IMG/VR virus record: IMGVR_UViG_3300045988_110748
DNA: 41,334 nt
Strand: one strand, 5' to 3'
From: a virus
The notes under the pieces are model-generated. The model was not told where the DNA came from. It did no database searches and saw nothing but the letters and a program-made list of their open reading frames with translations. Position numbers and translations under genes: made by a program. This document shows, one piece after another, positions 41,136 through 41,334 of this stretch (its first letter is position 1; the number at the start of each line of letters is the position of its first letter).

Positions 41136-41334
41136 ACTACACGCTCCCGACGAGCGTAAATATTGACGGAATTGAACATCCCATCAGGTCAGATTATCGC
41201 GTCATATTGGATATAATATCCGCCTTGAACGATGATGATTTTACCGACAGAGAAAAGGCCATCGCCATGATGCGCCTTTTTTTTGTTGACGCTTACGCGG
41301 TGACGGACTGGGAGAAAGGGCTAAAGGCGGCAGC
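41132..41334 (+). CDS. Phage Gp15-like tail assembly protein, N-terminal part (continues at base 60 of the window via the circular junction)
   Basis: ATGA-coupled ATG at 41132. MNYTLPTSVNIDGIEHPIRSDYRVILDIISALND reads on through the terminal overlap into 1-420. The joined length is 187 aa. Confidence 0.75.
   Translation, partial: MNYTLPTSVNIDGIEHPIRSDYRVILDIISALNDDDFTDREKAIAMMRLFFVDAYAVTDWEKGLKAA
41276..41334. repeat. Terminal overlap copy 2 (identical to 1-59)
   Basis: Same 59-mer as at the window start. This is a circular-contig signature. Confidence 0.95.

Larger units (their letters stand above)
1..41334. mobile_element. Complete temperate siphovirus-like phage genome (circular form, arbitrarily opened inside a tail gene)
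   Basis: Full set of phage modules is present (integrase, repressor/cro switch, recombination/replication, terminase, portal, capsid, tail, lysis). The two window ends overlap by 59 bp and an ORF reads through the junction. Confidence 0.95.

Noticed and set aside
40707-41334. Programmed -1 frameshift between the two tail chaperone genes (gpG/gpGT-type)
   Set aside because: The two ORFs are joined by an ATGA stop/start overlap, and the second has its own ATG. I saw no slippery heptamer upstream of the first stop. They read as two separate proteins (chaperone plus Gp15-like).
1-41334. Search for tRNA, rRNA, transposase/IS elements, and longer CRISPR arrays
   Set aside because: Intergenic gaps are short, and none showed a cloverleaf-compatible arrangement. 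No transposase-like ORF was seen, and there are no inverted terminal repeats flanking a gene. The only CRISPR-like repeats are the two at 9657-9748. A tRNAscan/ARAGORN run would be needed to exclude tRNAs formally.

Overview
The window is a complete, circularly closed genome of a temperate siphovirus-type phage. Bases 1-59 repeat exactly at 41276-41334, so the unique length is 41,275 bp. The host is Gram-positive and probably clostridial, judged from an LPXTG sorting signal, a lipobox, AGGAGG-type RBSs and SigA-like promoters. No rRNA or tRNA gene was recognised. Module order on the + strand: tail assembly protein and tape measure; distal tail and fibre genes; an LPXTG surface protein; the lysis cassette (NlpC/P60 endolysin plus two holin-like proteins); a small non-coding unit; two leftward accessory operons; a rightward five-gene cargo operon; a repeat-rich attP-like region with a tyrosine integrase; two XRE-type repressors; a divergent-promoter switch with a Cro-like gene; early and replication genes (Xis-like HTH, YqaJ exonuclease, RecT, SSB, replisome organiser, DnaC-like loader, VRR-NUC); many small genes; a 4xHTH protein; a five-gene Csf/CysH block; a late regulator; an N6-adenine methyltransferase; terminase small and large subunits; portal; MuF-like protein; scaffold; capsid; connectors; major tail protein; a two-gene zinc-ribbon moron; and the tail chaperones. 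Two signals stand out. (1) 26051-29461 reads as an array-less type IV-B-like CRISPR-Cas effector module (Csf1-like, Cas11-like, Cas7/Csf2, Cas5/Csf3, CysH-like PP-loop enzyme). (2) 9623-9805 is a promoter-to-terminator unit with two hairpin repeats ending in GGATTGAAA(C/T), which resemble type I-C CRISPR repeats. It could be a mini-array or an RNA repeat mimic. Other points of interest are an acr/aca-like pair of duplicated promoter-operator operons (9816-11752) and a Cys/Gly/Gln-rich cargo operon of unknown function beside attP (11834-13819). All family calls come from reading the translations and from memory of family motifs. No database search was run.
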